A DNA stretch of 64,000 bases from Antedon mediterranea (taxonomy: Eukaryota; Animalia; Echinodermata). Each line of letters begins with the position of its first letter. Position 1 is the first letter of the stretch. Both the position numbers and the translations under genes were made by a program. The notes beneath the pieces were generated by a model, which searched no databases, had not been told where the DNA came from, and saw only the letters and a list, made by a program, of their open reading frames with translations. The DNA is taken from NCBI RefSeq assembly GCF_964355755.1, contig NC_092676.1, forward strand, positions 3,697,888 to 3,761,887. The letters run 5' to 3'. Shown here one piece after another: positions 24,290 through 36,982 of this stretch.

Positions 24290-27200
24290 TCACTTTGGTC
24301 CACAAATATTGTATTCTCTGCGCTTCACTGATGCCGTTTGAAATTTAAATTCGCTCTCCTTTTCACCTAACATTTTACCATTTTTTAACGCCTTTTTTTT
24401 CGTCTCGTGCTGAGTATTGTGCAAGTTGGTTGTTTGGTGTTTATTATTATTTGTCTTTTGATGGTATTTTGCTAGTTTTGCCTGTATTAACTGAACTTTG
24501 GAGTTAGGCCTGGTCACCAAGCCAGCTGTAGGAGCAGGTGTACCTATTTGTGCGCGGTACACTCAGCTAGCCCGTCTCGGTACTGGCATCTCCTCGATGG
24601 CTGTCCGTTACTCTACTGCTGACCTAAAATCTTTCAACCAGGGTAAATGTTTCTACGATAATCCATCTTTCTTCAACATTGCTAAGGAGCTCCTGATATT
24701 GAGAAAACCGAGAGGTTCTCGTGGTGGCAGAAATAAAAGTCGTAAGATTAAAGTCGTTATTGGTTATGGGCGTAGGCCTAGGCCTACCACCATGGCCGCC
24801 CTCAACAAAAGTGGCTCTTCTCCAAATAATCTGGTCACAATCAAACTATGTAGATCAAGAGTTTCCTGTCCGAGACTTTTCCTTGCTAATGCCCGCTCTG
24901 TTAAAAATAAGATTGATGAATTTGAAGCCACCATTTCCAAATTCAAAGTCGATATAGCTGTGTTAACAGAGACTTGGCTGAATGATGCTACTATTGATTT
25001 TGTGAATTGTTCCGGTTTTAAAAAGTTCACGAAGAATAGATGCAACAAGAGAGGTGGTGGTGTTGCTATTTTTGTTGGTGATGATTTTGCCTGTGAATCT
25101 TGCATTGCACATGGTAGCTGTAATTTCGAATGCTTTTGGATAAAGACAACTATTCCAGGCAAGTCAAATCAAGGTAGTCACTTTTAAATTGGAGCTATTT
25201 ATTATCCTCCGTCTGCCGCTAATGCGGATTTGTTGATTGAGCACATTGTTGATACAATTGATAACATTCGTTCTATGGATTTCGCTGCTCCTATTGCTAT
25301 TTTGGGTGACTTTAATGACCTAGATCTAGCTGAGCTGGAAGTGAATGTTGGACTGTCGCAAGTTGTTAACTTCGCTACACGAAAGGATGCCCTGTTGGAC
25401 AAGATATTTTTTAGTCGTGCTGATCTTTACCATCTTCCGCAACACTTAGCGCCACTGGGTCGGAGTGACCATAATGCCATCCTATTGGAACCACTGATTG
25501 AATTACCTCAGCACAAGCGTCTATCAGTGCGTTCTCAGCCATATCGTGACTCCTCTGTTTTGTCCTTTGGTCAATGGGTTACAACCCATGAGTGGAATGA
25601 TGTGCTGAATATTGAGGACGTCAATCGAAAAACCAAAATGTTCTCTTCAATTTTGAATGGTGCTTTTAACAAGATCTTTCCTGTGCTGATTAGGAACAAG
25701 CGCACTGCTGACAAGCCCTGGATGTCCGACAAGATTCGAAAATTAATTGACTCTAGACAAAATTTGTTTCGTAGGTTTGGTAGAACGGATGAGTTGCGTT
25801 CAATTCGCAACTTAGTCCAAGATTGTATTAGAAAGGCTAAAAACAAATATTATTGTAATTCCTTATTAAGTCTTAAACGTAACAACCCTGCCATGTGGCA
25901 TAAAGGTATTAAACAACTATGTAATCTTAAGACTAAAAATACTAATTTCACCTTGCCTGGGCTGTCCAAAGTTGAAACTGCCTCTGAGATTAATGCCCAT
26001 TTCTCTAGTGTTTGTAATTCCATCCCTCCTCTTAATTTAAACGATTTGCCTGCTTATCTCCCAGCCCCTGGGCCACCACCTTTAATATATGCTGGTCAGG
26101 TCCTAAAAGCCCTTTGTAATCTTAAGCCTAACAAAGCTGGCCATCCAGATGAACCCCCTATAAACTATATAGAGATTTTGCTCCTGAACTTGCTGAACCT
26201 GTTGCGGATATCTTCAATCATGCATTGAAGGATGGTGTTTTCCCCGACCTTTGGAAAAGGGCTACTGCAGTTCCCATTCCTAAAACTGTGAATGCTAGTT
26301 CTGTCTCTGACCTTAGACCTATTTCCCTTACCTATATTCTTGCCAGGGTATTTGAATCTTTTACTGTTAAGTGGATTCTTGAAGATATTAAGGGTAAATT
26401 AGATTCTCGTCAATTTGGTAGTAGGAAAAAGGCTTCCTCAACTCACTATCTTGTTAGTCTTATTGACTCTACACTAAAAGATGTTGAGAAGGGTAAATGT
26501 TATGTTAACCTATGTGCCACTGACTTTACTAAAGCTTTTGATCGTGTTGATCATAATGTTATTATTATAAAGTTGATTGAACTGGGTGTGAGGTCGTCCA
26601 TAATTCCCATCGTCTGCAGCTTTCTCACTTCCCGTTCTCTCAACACCAAGTTTGCTGGGATTTTGTCATCTTCCAAGTCACTGACTTGTTGTGTCCCACA
26701 GGGGACATTGCTTGGCCCTGTACTTTTCCTAGTACTGTACTTATTAACGATGCTTGTGTTGATTGCTGCAGACGATGGAAATATGTGGATGACCTCACCC
26801 TTGGGGAGGTCGTTCGCAAAGGTGATTTGCCTTCCATGCAATCCCTGTTAGATGATCTGAGTTTTTGGTGTTCATCCAATAATATGATACCCAAACCCTC
26901 CAAATGCCATATCTTGGTTGTCAATTTTCTTAAGGACAAGTCGGATGATATTATATCGCCTTCTTTTAGTCTGAGTGGTTCCATTTTACAAGTAGTTGAT
27001 CACATGACGCTTCTTGGTGTAATCATTCAAAATGACCTGAAATGGGAACTTAACACTAATAATATTGTGTCTAGAGCTTCTAGACGTTTATTTTCCTTGT
27101 GCATTTTGAAGAAAGCAGGAATCTTAATTAATGACCTGTTGACTGTTTATATGGCGTATATAAGACCTATTTTAGAATATGCTGCCCCTGTTTGGCATGG

Positions 27201-30200
27201 CGCTATCACTAAGGACATGTCCAAGTCTATTGAAAAGGTACAAAAGAGAGCATTGCGTATCATGCTAGGTAACAACTATTTGTGCTATGATCATGCATTG
27301 TCTGTTACTGGTTTACCTACTCTTGTTGAGAGAAGAAACAAACTTGTGTTGTCTTTCGGGGAAGGCTTATTAAAATCCGAGCTGTTTAGAGAAATACTTC
27401 CCCCTCTTCATAAGCCAGCTCGGTCTCTCAGATTCAACCGCTTTCTAGAAGTACCTCATTACACAAACCAGTAGTGGTGTTAGTAGTCTATGAGTGCTAG
27501 CTTACCTGTATAAACCGACAATAGCCCGTGCTCTCCAGAGGGAGGGCTTAGATACGAAAGTGAAAAGTTCCTAGAACACCCCTGCATTATAATGGACCCG
27601 TCCGCAACCACGCCCTCATGTGGGAACGTACCAACGTACCACCGTCATCATTTTCCGCGTACTTGACTGCGGGGACGGCGGGAGGGAGTTTATACAGGTA
27701 AGCTAGCACTCATAGACTACTAACACCACTACTGGTTTGTGTAGTCTATATCGTGCCTAGCTTACCTGTATAAACCGACAATAGCCAGATTAGCACCGGA
27801 CTAGAACTAGTCGGCGGTGGGAGTAAGTTAACAAAGAGCAGAGCAAGCGAGGTGTACATACCTATAACCTAGGCTTTAGCACCGCTGCTGCTACTGGCGC
27901 CATGGTTGCAGAAATGTCCTTAAATAATGCCCAGTAAACGTAGACTGTGTCCGCCACCATGCCGCTGTCATAATGTCTGATATAGAACCGCCAGCGTACA
28001 ACGCGAAGTGCTGGACGATTCATAAGCGGCCCGAGTCGCTGCCACGACCCAGTTGCAATCGTGGATTTTGCGGCCGGCCGATACGGGGGCACCGATGTGA
28101 CGAATAAGTGAGATATACCCTCTCGCAACGTCTCTGTACGGTGGATGTAGAATTTGAGTGCTCTTACCGGGCACCAGGATGTGTCCTCTACTACCCCCGA
28201 GAATGCGGACATTGATGGAACGAACACAGCCGGCGAAAAATTTAACGTCTGGGACTTGGCCAGTAAGTCCTTCCTGAATAATAACCGGACTCCACCATGC
28301 TCAAATCGTATATGGCCTGGCTCTAGCGTGAGCGCATGTAGCTCGCCTCAGCGTTTACATGAGGACAACGCCACCAGAAACGCTGTCTTAAGCGAGAGAT
28401 TATATAATGAAGCCTTGCTCATTGGCTCAAATGGCGGGCGAGTGAGTGCGGATAGAATGACGTTAACGTCCCAACGTGGAACTAAGACCTTAGACGGAGG
28501 TCGCTCCTGAACATACCGCGTAACAACTGCGTGATTACTGCGGAAGTTGAAAACCGTCGAGCCATCCTTGAATGGCGGCGTAATGGCCGCAATCGCTGAC
28601 CGGTAGCCTGACACCGTGCGCACTTGCAAGCCTGATTCGTACAGGTAATGCAGAAAAGCGCAGATCTGACCCAAGGATATCGCCTTATGGTCTATGTTAT
28701 CTTGTCCGCACCAGCGAAAGAAGTGTCGTAGACGGCTGTTGTAGACAGTGAGAGTCGACTCTCTTCCAGATGATATGCCCGAGTCTCTGAGCTGATCCCT
28801 GACCATGGCCAAACAGTCAGGTTCAGGGATTGTAGGTTGATCGTCGAGAACCTCGCACGATTTTGCGTCAGTAGATCCGCGCGGACCGGAAGACGCAGCG
28901 GGTGATCGTAAAGAAGACTGGCAAGAAGCGGATACCACGCTTGACGAGGCCAGAACGGTGCGATCAACAGAACTCGGCATCGGAAGCGCTGAATGCGAGT
29001 CAGAACTATTGGTATGATCGATATCGGCGGGAACGCGTACGCCCATAAACCGTCCCATGACATGGACAGGGCATCCACCGCCCACGCACGTGCATCCCGG
29101 AATCGACTGCAGAATGTCGGGAGCTGCGTGTTCTCTGACGTCGCAAACAGGTCTATCTATGTGCGGCCGTCCGAAGTGGTCGAATATTTGAGTGGCTATG
29201 CTCGGCAACAGACGCCATTCGGTCGGGCGTAAAGCGAGTCGGGACAGCGTGTCCGCGACTCATTCTGGCTGCCCGGAATATGCGATGCAGTCAGCGTTAT
29301 TCTGTGCGCGATGCACCAGTGCATGAGCGTCCATGTGTGGTAGCAAAGAGTCGGAGACTCCGTGCCTCCTTGTCGGTTGATGTACGCGACCACGGTTGTG
29401 TTGTCCGAGCAGACATGGACGTGTGAATTTTTTTATGTTTGGAAGTAGCGCTTTCAACGTTCGGTCTACTGCCCAAAGTTCTAAGAGATTGATGTGGGCT
29501 AACGCCTCCTCGGCACTCCAAACGCCGGAGACGTGACTCTGGTTGGAGCAACCGCCCCAACCCGCTTCGGACGCGTCCGTTTCTATTCGGGTGTCCGGAA
29601 TTGATCTCTGAATTGATCTGCCCACTAACAATCGGCCGTCCGTTAGCCACCATTGGAGGTGCGTTACAATGAACGCCGACATCGGGACCACTTGTCTAAT
29701 GAGTCTGAACCTGGCCGGTAGAAGGCTAACAGATGAACTACAGCGGCTGCATCTGTAGCCGACAAAACGGAACTAGAACTACAAAGCTGGCTAGGAAACC
29801 TAGCGTTCTCAGCCAGTCGTATGCTGTCGGAGCGGAAGCGGTAATCAGGCCTTGTATAGCAGCAAGGGCTTAGGTTACTCGTTTCTGTGAGGGGCACACT
29901 CTGCCCGACACGAGATCTATCTGCGCTCCGAGATACATGGGATGCTGAGTCGGCACCAGGCACGACTTTTCCCGGTTCACTATGAACCCTACGCGTTCCG
30001 TTACGAGAAGGACACAATTGAGACTGCTCACCAGCCGGTCCTTGGACTGAGCCACGATTAACCAGTCGTCTAGATACATGAATATGCGAATGCCGTGCTT
30101 GTGAAAGAACGCACCGAGCGCTCGAACTGTGCGCGTGAACACGCGCGGAGCCGTTGATAGGCCGAACGACATCGCGACGAACTGGTGAAGACAATTGTTG

Positions 30201-31330
30201 ATTCGAAACCGCAACCAACGTTGGTCTTCTTTTGCGATTGGTACGTGAAAGTACACATCTTTTAAATCTGTCGATGCGGCCCAGTCTCCTCGTCTTAGCC
30301 CTAACAGGATCGATGAGACTGTCTCCATCCGAAACCTGCGGGGCCGAATAAATCGTTTGTTCAGACGTCTTAGATTTATAATTGGTCGCCAGTCCACCGA
30401 GGACTTCTTGGTTAAGAATACGGTTGATTCGTGGCCCGAGCCCGCATGATGTTCTTCGACCCTTACTACGGCTCCTTTTTGGAGCAGCGCGGCAATCCCG
30501 TCCATAAGCACTCGTTGCTTTATTGGATCTTTGGGGATTGTGGTCGGACGAGGACCTCCACACACTGGAGGGCTCGTAAATTCTATGCGGTAGCCGTAGC
30601 TAAGTGTGGAGAAAATCCAGCTGTCTACCATCAGCTACTCCCACTCTCGGACAAACCGTAGGAGACGACCTCCCACTGGTCCGGCCCCGGACGGCACGGA
30701 CCTCGCCTGCACGTTACCGGCACCTGCGGTCACCACGTCGCGAACCGCGGTCCCGACGTGCTCCCCTACCCGGCTTACCGCCACGCGCGGGGCGGGAATT
30801 ACGGGGTCGCGACGGCCCAGGAGTCTGCCCAACCTCAGACTGATTACGGACCGACGGCGGCGGATCACGTTACGAAAGAAAATGATGACGGTGGTACGTT
30901 GGTACGTTCCCACATGAGGGCGTGGTTGCGGACGGGTCCATTATAATGCAGGGGTGTTCTAGGAACTTTTCACTTTCGTATCTAAGCCCTCCCTCTGGAG
31001 AGCACGGGCTATTGTCGGTTTATACAGGTAAGCTAGGCACGATATAGACTGTAAAACCAGCAGACTTAGGTCGTCTCCAGTTCCCACCATGGTGGATATA
31101 ATTAATAGGCACCACTAGCTCTTTTTAGATATGTAATAAGTGAATGTTTTAAGGTTTTTTATTCATGTATGTTTTTAATTTTATGGTACGATATCATATT
31201 TTAATAAGATGTTTCTATTTTTATAGCAATTTTAACTAATTTTTAGTCCTTTGTAATGCAATTCATTTCAGTCCTTGACTGTCGTTTTGTAATATATTTT
31301 TATATACCGAATAAATAAATAAATAAAAAA
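24290..31330 (+). mobile_element. Decayed APE-RT LINE (CR1/L2-group-like), interrupted by a DIRS element
   Basis: APE motifs LANARS, LTETWL, GGGVA, GDFN, SDH; RT motifs RPISLT, DFTKAFD, PQG, YVDD; C-terminus LEYAAPVWH..EVPH resumes at 31050 as CKTSRLRSSPVP; (AAAT)n tail at ~31310; several stops and frameshifts. 5' boundary approximate. Confidence 0.9.
27460..31049 (-). mobile_element. DIRS-type tyrosine-recombinase retrotransposon, gag-deleted and frameshifted
   Basis: ~170-bp ITRs (~27485-27655 and ~30878-31049); internal complementary region ~27688-27787; RT (WRPIINLRRLN, FGLSTAP, YLDD), RNase H (TDAS, HINLLEL), methyltransferase-like ORF (DALSMSW..YAFPP), tyrosine recombinase (CPVRALKFY); GC-rich. 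Confidence 0.95.
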
Positions 31331-32139
31331 TTTATATCTATCTATGACTGAACATAATGCTGGTCAATGATTGGATGATATAACTTGTTGGAACTTATAA
31401 TAGAACATTACAAAGGAACTTAGTAAACATCTAATACCATGGTTCAAGGATATATCTTACACTTCCTTCCAATTTTAATTTATTTCTGTACTTGAAATTT
31501 CTATACAATAAAACATTAATCAACACAAATTAGAGAAATAAATTATATATTTCTAATTCTAATGAATTTAACTTTCATTCGGTAAAAAAAACACTTTTTT
31601 CTTAAAATGTATGAAAATAACTCTTGACTTGACATACCACCATATGTAACAAAATGTAATATTTCTAGTGTTATACTTGTTTTTTAATTATTTTAAAATG
31701 TTTACTATTATACGATGTATGCTGCGGACACAAATGTGTTATGGTGTTGTTCAACACCTGCTTGCTTTCAAATAAATTACTGTTAAATGAAAAATAAACA
31801 CTAAAATTGCTTTCAAATGTTGTAAACTTTGGGTTCATGTTACACAATGTATCTACACTATTCCATATTTTTGATAATGAAAATACCAGAAAAATTCTCA
31901 TGGTTGACCGAGTTTAATCACTTTCAGACCAATCATGTGCACAACACTGGATTATTCGGTGAATGCAATTACTTTCATTCAAGGAACTAAATATAGAAAA
32001 TCTATTCTATGTATGTTGCTACATTTTATTGTTTATTCTATAAATACTAATTCTGCAATTTGGAATTTTCTACATTAAAGTTCAAGTTATTTCACGGAGA
32101 CCAGTGGTTTTTACCTAGGGCTGTGCAATTTGATACAAC

Positions 32140-33666
32140 ATGACTGGATATTGTGATAATATTTACTTCTTGCTTGCACTGACTTTAGTAATGTTTTCAT
32201 CGTCACTTGCTGTTGAGTTCAATTCTAAGCCACCATCAACGGTATCTGTCTATCCAGGTCAGAATGTTTCACTGTCTTGTGTTTTTAGGAATTTAATTCC
32301 CAATCACCACATAGTAGAATGGAGTTATTGGTCAAGTTACGAGAATAACCAGATTATTTCAAATGACAGAAATATTTTGTTACCAAGTATTGATAACATT
32401 GCTAAAAGTTACTCAATTGTAGGTGATGGAATGAATTTCACACTTTTTATCAAAATACCAAGTATAACAGATTTTGGAATTTCTGGTGTACATACACAGT
32501 ATATATGTTCTGTGTTAGAACCAAGCAAGATCGGTTTCGTTGTCCCTGTTACAGCAACTTCAACTGTCATTATAAAGAAACATACATTTAATTCTCCAAT
32601 ATGTGGAGGAATACACAAAACTGTTGTCATTGGAGAAACATTATTATTCGGATGCTTCCCACCAGTGACAAACTATGATGTAACAACAACTTTAAAATTG
32701 AACAAACAAGTTTTACCTATTTATAATTGGTTAATCAATGCTTACATGTTGACTGTAACAAAAGAAGACCATGATGCAGTGTTTGTATGTGAATCAAGAA
32801 GAAAAGAAACAAATGAGACCAGAAGTTGCTCTGTTGGCCCACTCACTGTCAACTACAAACCAGAGATTAACATCACACAAATATCACCAATGGAATATCA
32901 CTGTACTACAGAGGCTAGACCACCTGTTAATGAAACAGTCTGGATTGTGGAAGAAAGCAATACCTTAAATTACAGTATTAACATTTCAAATAACGTATTA
33001 ACATTCAGTGAACCACCTGAAGTTGATCAGCTAACAAGTGTAACATGCAAAGGACAAAATGTTATTGGGACGGCAACAAAAACATTAAGTGTACAAAAGA
33101 AATGTCAATTTGTTGAACCGGATTGTAACTCTCAATATGTTATAAATGTAAATACGACAACATTGGAATGTACTACTGATTGTAAACCTGCAATTATCAT
33201 AACAACGCCAGAAATAAAACAAATTATAACTACTAATTATGACGGATTATACATTGGACACAATATTATTGTAACAAAAGGTGAACACAATGCAACGTTT
33301 ATTTGTAGTTCAAGGAAGAACATTTGTAACACGAGTCCAATACGTGAGATAACGACAACCGTTCTTGTAACACGCAGCAGCGCAGATATTGATCAATACA
33401 CGCAGTTTAGTATACAAGAACTAATAACCACTGTAAATAACATGTTAATCAAAAACGAGGATGAAAAACAAGATAATAATAGTAACTGGATGAATATAAT
33501 AATTTTGGTTATTGCAGTAAGTTTGGTATGCTGTTTTATCCTTATTCTTATAATACTTGTTTGTTTATATACACAAAATAAAAAGAAAGTTAAATCAAAA
33601 AATGAAACTACGACCAAACCTTCACAACAGGAAGACAAGAAGGAGGATTCAATGGTTTTAAACTAA
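32140..33666 (+). CDS. D-type IgSF receptor G7 (SP-V-Ig-Ig-Ig-stalk-TM-short tail), 508 aa
   Basis: The fourth domain (TLECTT..NIIVTKGEHNATFICSSRK) resembles domain 2; TM IIILVIAVSLVCCFILILIILVCL. Confidence 0.88.
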   Translation: MTGYCDNIYFLLALTLVMFSSSLAVEFNSKPPSTVSVYPGQNVSLSCVFRNLIPNHHIVEWSYWSSYENNQIISNDRNILLPSIDNIAKSYSIVGDGMNFTLFIKIPSITDFGISGVHTQYICSVLEPSKIGFVVPVTATSTVIIKKHTFNSPICGGIHKTVVIGETLLFGCFPPVTNYDVTTTLKLNKQVLPIYNWLINAYMLTVTKEDHDAVFVCESRRKETNETRSCSVGPLTVNYKPEINITQISPMEYHCTTEARPPVNETVWIVEESNTLNYSINISNNVLTFSEPPEVDQLTSVTCKGQNVIGTATKTLSVQKKCQFVEPDCNSQYVINVNTTTLECTTDCKPAIIITTPEIKQIITTNYDGLYIGHNIIVTKGEHNATFICSSRKNICNTSPIREITTTVLVTRSSADIDQYTQFSIQELITTVNNMLIKNEDEKQDNNSNWMNIIILVIAVSLVCCFILILIILVCLYTQNKKKVKSKNETTTKPSQQEDKKEDSMVLN

Positions 33667-33669
33667 GCA

Positions 33670-33918
33670 ATGGGAAACATGGACAAGTATCAGGAAACAG
33701 AAAATGAAATATACGTAGATGGAAATGAGGTTGATATTAATCAGCCAATCAGAGTGAACAAATTTGAAGATTTGGATGGATATATAGAAAATGAGAATGA
33801 AATATACGTAGATGGAAATGAGGTCTATATTAATCAGTCTATCAGAGCAAACAAATTTGAACATTTGGATAGATATATAGAAAATGAGAATGAAATATAC
33901 GAAGGAATCGGAAAATGA
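33670..33918 (+). other. In-frame ENEIY-repeat tail ORF directly after the G7 stop codon
   Basis: aac TAA gca ATG gga; same frame as G7; two 93-nt units. Confidence 0.7.
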
Positions 33919-34436
33919 CAAGTAAAGATAAGTAACAGAACTTTTTAATCTCAAATTCTAAGGGACAAAAAGCAAACACAATATAACAACAAAATTATAA
34001 ATATGTTTATAAAATCCATTTAAACAGTGTATAATATTCAAAACTTTTTTTTTCAAGTGCCCTATTAAATTTACATGCTTACATTGATTTTATTATTTTT
34101 ATTATTAAGGTGCACAGTATGTCATGAGAACATTGCCAGCAATTGTTTAAAATGTTTAAACTATGGGGTTACTACTACAGAATATTATACACTAGCTAGT
34201 ATATCTATGCCATACTAATATCGAAAATACAAGAAAAACAAAACTGTGTTATGGTTGATCAGTTTGATTAGCTACCAGCCAATGAGTAAAAACTACAGAG
34301 TTTTGAATGTAAATTGTAAAACTTTCGTTGTATGAGAACTAGATACATACTGTAGTGTATTCTGCACATTCTACTATCGCTGGCTTCAACTATCGATTCT
34401 TTCTTTTCTACAAGATCAAACAACTTTGAAACCAAC

Positions 34437-36170
34437 ATGACTGGAGATTGTGATAATGGTTTCTTCGTGGTTGTATTGACTTTATTGTCTTCATCTTCAC
34501 TTGCTAATGTTGAGTTTGTTACTAGGCCACCATCAACAGTGACTGTCTATCCAGGTCAGAATGTTTCACTGCCTTGTGTTTTTAGGAATTTAATTCAGAA
34601 TCAGCACAAAGTAGTATGGAGTTATTGGCCAAGTATGTTAAAGATTATTTCAATTGACAGAAATCTCTCATTAACAAGTATTGATAACATTGCTGAAAGT
34701 TACTCAATTCTAGGTGATGGAATGAATTTCACACTTTTTATCAAAATATCCAGAACAATAGATTTTGAATCATCTTCTAATATTAGAAATGATTTTAGAT
34801 GTTCTGTGTTTGAACTAAGCCAAACTTTCCCTTTTAAACTAACAAATCAAGGTGTCCCTGTTGACAGAGCACCTTCAACTGTTATTATACAACCAACATT
34901 TAGTTATCCAGTGTGTGTACAGATCAACACCACTGTTGTCGTTGGAGAAACATTATCATTAAGATGTTACTCACCAGTAACAGATTATGATGTAACAACA
35001 ATTTTAACATTGAACAAACAAGTTCTACCTACAATTTATTATAATGGGTTAATTACTTACAACTTGACTGTAACAAAAGAGTACCATAATGCAGTGTTTG
35101 TATGTGAATCAAGAAGAAAAGAAACAAATGAAACAAGAAACTGCTCTGTTGGCCCACTCACTGTCAACTACAAACCAGAGATTAACATCACACAGATATC
35201 ACCACTGGAATACATCTGTACAGCAGAGGCTAGACCACCAGTTAATGAAATTAACTGGAATGTGGAGCCAAAAATTGCTAGAAAACATTTCAATATTTCA
35301 AAAGATTCATTAACATTGACTAAAAAATTGAAAGCTGATGCTGTTATCAAATGTTGGGCAGAAAATACAGTTGGAAAAACCAAAGAAAAATTTATCATTT
35401 ATTCTAACTTTACTAGTCAGAATCAAGATACTCCAAATGAAAACAATGGTAACATGATAGCTATTATCATTATGGCCAGTTTTGCATTTTTGATGGTTAA
35501 TATTTTTGTTATTGTCCTCATGATTCTCTGTTTTTTCCGTCAAAAGCGATTCAAAAAAGAAAAGAAAAAGCAGAACAAAAATAGTTCTCAGCCAAATAAA
35601 TTAAAAAATAAAAAACATGTTTACGATTACGCCACAGTCACTGAAATCGACTTAGAAGATTATCAGGAAATGGAGAATGAATTGTACGTTGGCGGCGATC
35701 TTGTTATCAATACAGAAAGTAAAACAGAAAATGAAAATCTAAACCAATTTGAAGGTCAGAGACAGGAGATTGACAATTTACTGTATGATGAGCCAACTAC
35801 AAGCTGTAAAGAAGACGCGATGAATAGTGGAAGGAATGAAAAAGGAAACCAAGGAGGACATTTTTATTCCAAAGCAAATAACAAATATTATAAAGAACTA
35901 GAAGATTATCAGGAAACAGAGAACAAATTGTACGTTGGCAGCGATATTGTTAGCAAAAGTGAAAGAAGTAAAGACAATAGAGACCAATTTCAGGGTCAGA
36001 GACAGATTAACAATGTACTATATGATGATCAGCCAACTACAAGTCGTAAAGAAGAGGCGATGAATAATGGAAAACAAAGAGTAAATATTATTTATTCCAA
36101 AGTGAATAAACAAGATTATAAAGAATGTGAAAATGAAATATATCAAGGTTCTGATATATTGTCAAAGTAA
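34437..36170 (+). CDS. Intact B-type IgSF receptor G8 (SP-V-Ig-Ig-TM-long Tyr tail with ITIM-consensus IIYSKV), 577 aa
   Basis: Uninterrupted ORF; internally duplicated tail (EDYQE.EN.LYVG twice, LYD..EP/QPTTS twice); AATAAA at ~36197. Confidence 0.92.
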   Translation: MTGDCDNGFFVVVLTLLSSSSLANVEFVTRPPSTVTVYPGQNVSLPCVFRNLIQNQHKVVWSYWPSMLKIISIDRNLSLTSIDNIAESYSILGDGMNFTLFIKISRTIDFESSSNIRNDFRCSVFELSQTFPFKLTNQGVPVDRAPSTVIIQPTFSYPVCVQINTTVVVGETLSLRCYSPVTDYDVTTILTLNKQVLPTIYYNGLITYNLTVTKEYHNAVFVCESRRKETNETRNCSVGPLTVNYKPEINITQISPLEYICTAEARPPVNEINWNVEPKIARKHFNISKDSLTLTKKLKADAVIKCWAENTVGKTKEKFIIYSNFTSQNQDTPNENNGNMIAIIIMASFAFLMVNIFVIVLMILCFFRQKRFKKEKKKQNKNSSQPNKLKNKKHVYDYATVTEIDLEDYQEMENELYVGGDLVINTESKTENENLNQFEGQRQEIDNLLYDEPTTSCKEDAMNSGRNEKGNQGGHFYSKANNKYYKELEDYQETENKLYVGSDIVSKSERSKDNRDQFQGQRQINNVLYDDQPTTSRKEEAMNNGKQRVNIIYSKVNKQDYKECENEIYQGSDILSK

Positions 36171-36982
36171 AATATTAATTCGGGAGGTTTTTAGAAATAA
36201 ATAAAATTACTGTACTAATATAAAAATAAATAAGAGATTAATATCATTGCTTTTTTCATTAAATAAATATATAATTACATCGTGTGTAACATTATAAAAT
36301 TGTCTCTTTTTATCTTTAGTTTTATTATCACTATTTGCATATTATTTTTCAATTCAGCCTAAATATTGTTTAATGGAAATAACCTGAATATTATTCTATA
36401 TATAATGTACCCTCCTACACTCACTTCAGCATAGTGGGCCAAGCCCAATGACAATTTAAGTTTGTGGTGGTACAGTATATATTATTGGTTTAAACTGAAA
36501 ATTACTGTGGGCTTATTACCTCCAGGTTGGGCTTACACTTGGATCTATATGGTACTTATTATAATAATATCTAATTTGTGCAACAAAATAATTGTGTAGA
36601 AAAAACATATTTCAGTATTTGTTCTCAGTGTTAACAACTTTACACCAAAATAATAAAATGTGAAGTGTCTTGATTACCGTAGACAGATTGTTACTTGTGG
36701 CAGTCATTACACTTGCTATTACCAGTTCTTGGAAAAAACGTCAATACAAATAAGAATAAATTATATTGTTTAATCAAGAAAAAAAAGTTTTTCTTTTCAA
36801 GAAACACAATTAAGTATATTTTTACAACAATAATTCAGTATTATTTCATTTTTATTATTTTCCAGCATTTAACAGTACTACTAGTCACTTCCTTTGAATG
36901 TTTATTTAAGCCACAAACAAGCAAACCCCTATGCAATTAAAAACAAACACTGTACTTAATACAGGAATTAGAATTTTAAAAC

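Noticed and set aside
33514-33667. Splice from GTAAGT in the G7 TM to the AG at the stop, bypassing TAA
   Set aside because: The join would be out of frame with the repeat tail.
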